Made by a program: the position numbers and the translations under genes. From positions 124,001 through 188,000 of the forward strand of contig CATNEN010000035.1 of the NCBI GenBank assembly GCA_950097015.1: a stretch of 64,000 nt of DNA, in the 5' to 3' direction. The DNA comes from Macrostomum hystrix (Eukaryota; Animalia; Platyhelminthes). Below, in pieces: positions 57,128 to 64,000 of this stretch (its first letter is position 1; the number at the start of each line of letters is the position of its first letter). The notes beneath the pieces were generated by a model, which was given only the letters and a program-made list of their open reading frames with translations, searched no databases and had not been told where the DNA came from.

Positions 57128-57187
57128 GTGTGGCATACCCAGTCTATGGACTGAAAAGTTGTACACAGTCTGTCGAAAAGCTGCACA
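57128..57187 (+). mobile_element. Short fragment of the family A SINE 3' region
   Basis: GTGTGGC..CCAGTCTATGGACTGAA..TGTAC.CAG matches 10212-10246 and the reverse complement of 10500-10575. Confidence 0.55.
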
Positions 57188-57971
57188 ATAGCAAGCTGTG
57201 TCATTTATTTTTTGTTTGTCTCTTTATTTCTTTCGGAAATATTAAATTTTTTACGGCAAAATTTTTTTTACCTCTCAGTTTGCACGACTAAAAAATCAGA
57301 CAAGAATCTGAGAAGCAGACGGGAAATTCAGCAAGATTTCTCCGCCAAGATTGCTGTCACTTGACTCATCTCTCTGACCTCGGCTGTCTGCACTGAAGAT
57401 CTTCAACGATTTCGTCTGAGGATCTCGCCATCACACCCTCCGACTGTCCTATCGCGACATCATTTTGGACTCATTAAAATCACGGGATCGCGGGGCCTCG
57501 AGTCACGCGAGACTTCGGCCCGAGTTCGAGTGTTCAAGAGAAAAAGCGAGTTATCAGGGACTGGAGTACCCCGCCTGATTCCGGAGGACTCAGGTTCGTG
57601 AAATTTCATTTGCGCCCTGATTAGATTAGACCTTGCTAATACCGCTCATTGTGTAGTGTAGCAAAGCTGGAGTAAGGCTGCTCGGGCGAGCACAGATGTT
57701 TGTCAATGACGTTTACGGGCAAGCATGAAACCCTTTATCATAATGCTAGCCCAACTCTGATACAGTCAGACAATCATCTCATGAGTATTAAGAAAATGAT
57801 CAAATTGGAAGTTGCAACAACAAGTTGATCACAGTAATTTCACCTCGCTAAGCACGGTGTAAGTTATCTGTCAAAGGCAAGGGCAGCTAATGGATTAGAT
57901 TTGGATACTTTCAAGTAGCGATCCTGATACTGCATACATTGTTATTTTAAGTCCTCGAAATAACGACAGTA

Positions 57972-58265
57972 GGAGGGGAATATTGGGAGTGGAAGATTGG
58001 GAGGGGAATATTGGGAGTGGAAGATTGGGAGGGGAATATTGGGAGTGGAAGATTGGGAGGGGAAGATTGGGAGGGGAAGATTAGGAGGGGAAGATTGGGA
58101 GGGGAAGATTGGGAGTGGAAGATTGGGAGGGGAAGATTGGGAGGGGAAGATTAGGAGGGGAAGATTGGGAGGGGAAGATTGGGAGTGGAAGATTGGGAGG
58201 GGAAGATTCGGAGGGGAAGATTGGGAGGGGAATATTGTCTGGGGAAGATTGGGAGGGGAAGAGGA
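57972..58265 (+). repeat. 14-bp purine-rich minisatellite GGGAGGGGAAGATT
   Basis: About 20 units. Confidence 0.93.
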
Positions 58266-58267
58266 AG

Positions 58268-58383
58268 AGAGTGTACACCGCCTGACGATGAGAAAGTCAG
58301 GGCAGATGTACACGCCTGTGCGAGAGTGTGCCTGCGTACAGTATCTGTGTGCGTGTGTGCTCACACACGATTATTATTATTAT
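58268..58383 (+). mobile_element. Central fragment of a family B SINE joined directly to a (TTA)n tail
   Basis: GAGTGTACACCGCCTGACGATGAGAAAGTCAGGGCAGATGTACAC..GTGTGTGCTCA followed by TTATTATTATTAT. Confidence 0.8.
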
Positions 58384-59184
58384 GGGAATCCCTGAGCTTG
58401 TCGATTCTAGCCTCCTCCTCATCCTCAATTCTAGTGTATGCATAAAATGCACACTCAAAACTGTTAGCAGTTATGAATTTGGCGCCAAAATATGCTTAAA
58501 TAAAATATCCCAAATTCTCAAAAGCCTGAATCTTCACACGGGAGGTCGCGAGACTTCCGTTCGCATCCTCGACATTGCAGTCGCCAAGTCTTTTTTAATA
58601 ATTTTCTGCCGATTTTTAATTCAATTCAATTGCTTCAATACCGCTTTTAGCAAGAAACCATTCCCAAGCTAACTAAATTCGGGAAAATATCCCATCCTCA
58701 AGGGTCTGCTCTTGAAAAGTGGCAGTAATCGTTTCCTCTTCTTCAAAAAATGAAAAATCTCCCCTAAGTCCACATGGGACGTTTATAAAAAATCTCCCGG
58801 GGTTCGGTTACGCTTGATTTTTTCGCCACTTTTCAAGGAATTAGTTGGAGTCACTTGCGAACTCCTGCTTGGTTAATATTCACTTCGGTTTCTCAGTTCG
58901 TCATCAATCACAAAGTTAACTAGCAGGACTAGCTCTTTCTTTGCGGGATTAGTTACAAGAAAAACCCAGAGTGACAAGAATTTTCGCTTAAAAAGTAACA
59001 AACCGATTTCTAAACGCTGCGGAAACCCCTGGATTGAAAGGCCGCGATGATCATCTGGTCTACAGTTTCACAAAGTGCATCTCTCTCTCTTTCAATGACC
59101 TCATCTCAAACTCAATATTCTTTCATTTTTTAATCACTTCATTTCCAGCTATATTTATTCTGTATGCTTTAATCCCCTCTCCCT

Positions 59185-59790
59185 TACTTTCCACTCCCTT
59201 AATTCCCTCCCTTCATTTCTTCACCCTTCATTACATCTCCCTTCATTACATCTCCCTTCATTCTCTCTCCCTTCATTCTCTCCCCCTTCATTACATCTCC
59301 CTACATTTCATCTCCCTTCATTCTCTCTCCCTTCATTCTCTCTCCCTTCATTCTCTCTCCCTTCATTCTCTCTCCCTTCATTCTCTCTCCCTTCATTACA
59401 TCTCCCTTCATTCTCTCTCCCTTCATTCTCTCTCCCTTCATTCTCTCTCCCTTCGTTCTCTCTCCCTTCATTCTCTCTCCCTTCATTACATCTCCCTTCA
59501 TTCTCTCTCCCTTCATTCTCTCTCCCTTCATTCTCTCTCCCTTCATTCTCTCTCCCTTCATTCTCTCTCCCTTCATTCTCTCTCCCTTCATTCTCTCTCC
59601 ATTTATTCTCTCTCCCTTCATTCTCTCTCCCTTCATTCTCTCTCCCTTCAATCTCTCTCCCTTCATTCTCTCTCCCTTCGTTCTCTCTCCCTTCATTCTC
59701 TCTCCCTTCATTCTCTCTCCCTTCATTCTCTCTCCCTTCATTACACCTCCCTTCATTACACCTCCCTTCATTCCTTTTCCCTTCATTTCT
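59185..59790 (+). repeat. 15-bp pyrimidine-rich minisatellite CTCCCTTCATTCTCT
   Basis: About 40 units. Confidence 0.95.
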
Positions 59791-60602
59791 TCTCCCGGTA
59801 TTTTTTTTACCACCTCTTCCCGCCATGGATTTCCCATATCCCAGTAGAAAAAGTGCAAGTTGCTGCACTTAAGAATGCAGCGCTGGTAGATTGGGCCTCT
59901 ATAATTCTCACTGAAACTGGAACATTGGAAAGGAAAATTTGTTAAAAACATATTTGCGGTTTGTTCAACGAACCAAGCAGATAAGAGGGGTGTAGATTTA
60001 CCAGAAATTGACGTTATTATCAAATAAATTAGATCAAATTGGTAAATAGTTTTCAGCTTTTAATTTCTTGCTTCTTCTGCCACAAGAGTGAGAAGCTTCA
60101 GGGAGCCAGAAGGAGAGATAAAAATCTAAGGGGATAAATATTTAATGGAATCATGCCAGTGACCAAGAAATAAATGCCAATTCCAAAGTGTCCCGCATGA
60201 CTAAGTGCTAGAAATTTTGTCCATCTGATGCGAGTATTCCGATGGTTCCCCTCAATTCTGTGCTCTGAATATTTCATTCACCCATATGAGATATTTTCAG
60301 TTTCATTAACTGCTGCTGCTGCTGCTGCTGCTGCTGACGGGCCGCTAATCAAAAGTGCATGCAAATCTGTCAACTATAAACCTCAGAGTCTCTTGATAGT
60401 TGTTGAAACTGTGTCAACTTGGCTCATCCTGTCATAGTCGCAAAATATTGAGATTAGATTTCTTTGAGTAGGGAAAAATCTCCCCTGTTTAAGGGCGAAT
60501 GCTGGACTAGTGAGACTGTACTTTTGTTTGCGAGAAACAATTTCTCCGAATTCATTCATTAGATTTTTTGTGATGAATTGTTTTCAGTTCACTAAATATA
60601 GT

Positions 60603-63435
60603 TTACAACTATTGCTTACCACTTTCGATGGATTGCTTACCACTTTCGATGGATTGTTTACAACTTTCGATGGATTGTTTACCACTTTCGATGGATTGCT
60701 TACCACTTTCGATGGATTGCTTACCACTTTCGATGGATTGCTTACCACTTTCGATGGATTGCTTACCACTTTCGATGGATTGTTTACAACTTTCGATGGA
60801 TTGTTTACCACTTTCGATGGATTGCTTACCACTTTCGATGGATTGCTTACCACTTTCGATGAATTGCTTACCACTTTCGATGGATTGCTTACCACTTTCG
60901 ATGGATTGCTTACCACTTTCGATGGATTGCTTACCACTTTCGATGGATTGTTTACCACTTTCGATGGATTGCTTACCACTTTCGATGGATTGCTTACCAC
61001 TTTCGATGGATTGTTTACAACTCTAGATTTATTGTTTACAACTCTCGATGGATTGTCTACAACTCTCGATGGATTGTTTACAACTCTCGATGGATTGTCT
61101 ACAACTCTCGATGGATTGTCTACAACTCTCGATGGATTGTTTACAACTCTCGATGGATTGTTTACAACTCTCGATGGATTGTCTACAACTCTCGATGGAT
61201 TGTTTACAACTCTCGATGGATTGTCTACAACTCTCGATGGATTGCTTACAACTCTCGATGGATTGTCTACAACTCTCGATGGATTGTCTACAACTCTCGA
61301 TGGATTGCTTACAACTTTCGATAGATTGTCTACAACTCTCGATGGATTGTTTACAACTCTCGATGGATTGTTTACAACTCTAGATTTATTGTTTACAACT
61401 CTCGATGGATTGTCTACAACTCTCGATGGATTGTTTACAACTCTCGATAGATTGTTTACAACTCTCGATGGATTGTTTACAACTCTCGATGGATTGTCTA
61501 CAACTCTCGATGGATTGTCTACAACTCTCGATGGATTGTCTACAACTCTCGATGGATTGTCTACAACTCTCGATGGATTGTTTACAACTCTCGATGGATT
61601 GTCTACAACTCTCGATGGATTGTTTACAACTCTCGATGGATTGTCTACAACTCTCGATGGATTGTCTACAACTCTCGATGGATTGTCTACAACTCTCGAT
61701 GGATTGTTTACAACTCTCGATGGATTGTCTACAACTCTCGATGGATTGTCTACAACTCTCGATGGATTGTTTACAACTCTCGATGGATTGTTTACAACTC
61801 TCGATGGATTGTTGACAACTCTCGATGGATTGTTTACAACTCTCGATGGATTGTTTACAACTCTCGATGGATTGTCTACAACTCTCGATGGATTGTCTAC
61901 AACTCTCGATGGATTGTTTACCACTTTCGATGGATTGCTTACCACTTTCGATGGATTGTCTACAACTCTCGATGGATTGTTTACCACTTTCGATGGATTG
62001 CTTACCACTTTCGATGGATTGCTTACCACTTTCGATGGATTGCTTACCACTTTCGATGGATTGCTTACCACTTTCGATGGATTGCTTACAACTTTCGATG
62101 GATTGCTTACCACTTTCGATGGATTGCTTACCACTTTCGATGGATTGCTTACAACTTTCGATGGATTGCTTACCACTTTCGATGGATTGCTTACCACTTT
62201 CGATGGATTGCTTACCACTTTCGATGGATTGCTTACCACTTTCGATGGATTGCTTACCACTTTCGATGGATTGCTTACCACTTTCGATGGATTGCTTACA
62301 ACTTTCGATGGATTGCTTACCACTTTCGATGGATTGCTTACCACTTTCGATGGATTGCTTACCACTTTCGATGGATTGCTTACAACTTTCGATGGATTGT
62401 TTACAACTCTAGATTTATTGTTTACAACTCTCGATGGATTGTTTACAACTCTCGATGGATTGTTTACAACTCTCGATGGATTGTCTACAACTCTCGATGG
62501 ATTGTTTACAACTCTGGATGGATTGCTTACAACTTTCGATAGATTGTCTACAACTCTCGATGGATTGTTTACAACTCTCGATGGATTGTTTACAACTCTA
62601 GATTTATTGTTTACAACTCTCGATGGATTGTTTACAACTCTCGATGGATTGTTTACAACTCTCGATGGATTGTTTACAACTCTCGATGGATTGTTTACAA
62701 CTCTCGATGGATTGTTTACAACTCTCGATGGATTGTTTACAACTCTCGATAGATTGTTTACAACTCTCGATGGATTGTTTACAACTCTCGATGGATTGTT
62801 TACAACTCTCGATGGATTGTCTACAACTCTCGATGGATTGTTTACAACTCTCTATGGATTGTCTACAACTCTCGATGGATTGTTTACAACTCTCGATGGA
62901 TTGTTTACAACTCTCGATGGATTGTTTACAACTCTCGATAGATTGTTTACAACTCTCGATAGATTGTTTACAACTCTCGATGGATTGTTTACAACTCTCG
63001 ATGGATTGTTTACAACTCTAGATTTATTGTTTACAACTCTCGATGGATTGTTTACAACTCTCGATGGATTGTTTACAACTCTCGATGGATTGTTTACAAC
63101 TCTCGATGAATTGTTTACAACTCTCGATTGATTGTTTACAACTCTCGATAGATTGTTTACAACTCTCGATGGATTGTTTACAACTCTCGATGGATTGTTT
63201 ACAGCTCTCGATAGATTGTTTACAACTCTCGATGGATTGTTTACAACTCTCGATAGATTGTTTACAACTCTCGATGGATTGTTTACAACTCTAGATTTGT
63301 TGTTTACAACTCTCGATAGATTGTTTACAACTCTCGATGGATTGTTTACAACTCTCGATGGATTGTTTACAACTCTCGATGGATTGTTTACAACTCTCGA
63401 TGGATTGTTTACAACTCTAGATTTGTTGTTTACAA
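60603..63435 (+). repeat. 21-bp minisatellite TTACAACTCTCGATGGATTGT, 2.8 kb, with two alternating variant domains
   Basis: About 135 units. Explains the 873-aa and 593-aa spurious ORFs. Confidence 0.98.
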
Positions 63436-64000
63436 GTCTTCTATATAATCTAGAGATTTCGATGGGCTTTTTTAAGTTGTTTGTGACTGAAGCATTTTTT
63501 GCCTTGGATTAATAATAACTTGTGAAGATCTTTGTGCTGTCTAGAATATGAATCGTAAACATATAAATCATGAACTATGTAATCTGATACAATCTCTAAT
63601 ACTCAGACAATGATTGTCAATGGTTCCTAACATATATTGTATTAATCTTATTTATTAACCCATTAAATATTGTGACGGAAAAAGCACACATTCGTTCAAT
63701 GGACAAAAACATGCTTTTTGTTTCAGAATTAACAAACGGTACCATGAAAAATGCAAAAATTGATCTTTTTAAGTGTAGCATTATAGTTAGTTAATCCTAG
63801 AGGACCGCTTGCTTAGATCGCCTTTCGACCCAAAGGTAAAAAAGTCATAGGAAACTAATTCATATTACAACTGGTAAACACGGCGTATAACAAAAAAAAC
63901 TAAATGCCAATTTCCTGTTCGCTATTATATATCTTATGTGAAGCTCCTGTCTATATAGGAGAATTTTAGATTCTCTACAGATCACTATGCAGTAATGTAC

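Noticed and set aside
1524-63435. Apparent excess of repeat units with lengths divisible by three
   Set aside because: About half are (15, 21, 24, 30, 33, 48), but many are not (14, 16, 17, 20, 22, 23, 26, 28, 32, 34, 44). The sample is too small, and the ORF track biases attention toward 3n units.
60510-63512. Very long ORFs (873, 593 aa) here and similar ones at 2366, 6613-7638, 7989-9788, 16127-17177, 26698-27714, 31074-31927, 44639-45569, 52285-54169 and 59034-60023
   Set aside because: They are translations of minisatellites with stop-free units, are open in several frames and on both strands, and mostly lie in introns of well-supported genes.

Overview
Eukaryotic (metazoan) genomic DNA, not prokaryotic. 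GC-rich spliced exons alternate with AT-rich spacers and an unusually dense set of minisatellites. This style suggests a flatworm such as Macrostomum, which is an inference I cannot confirm here. By manual splicing I recover these genes: the 3' end of an unidentified polyQ gene (+); ENOSF1 (+, 12 exons, one GC-AG intron); a co-directional minus-strand cluster GRHPR-TRIM23-WDR41; a large DUF4062-NACHT-WD40 (NWD1/NWD2-like) gene (+, first coding exon not located, one frame break); two tandem syntenin genes (the first frameshifted); and a single-exon class A GPCR (-). Mobile elements are a 5'-truncated Penelope-like element with a 457-bp inverted arm, a target-site duplication and a minimal hammerhead-ribozyme motif; a 600-bp Mutator-like MITE with a 9-bp TSD; two tRNA-derived SINE families; and an unclassified ~450-bp dispersed repeat. 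About 30 different tandem arrays produce most of the long ORFs in the supplied track, and these ORFs are artefacts. There is no CRISPR array, rRNA or true tRNA gene. The most interesting leads are the Penelope hammerhead, a possible trans-spliced polycistronic cluster, a TRIM23 ARF domain lacking the G4 aspartate, a diverging syntenin paralogue, and a phased CCAAT/TATA array antisense to the GPCR. All coordinates and counts were read by hand.
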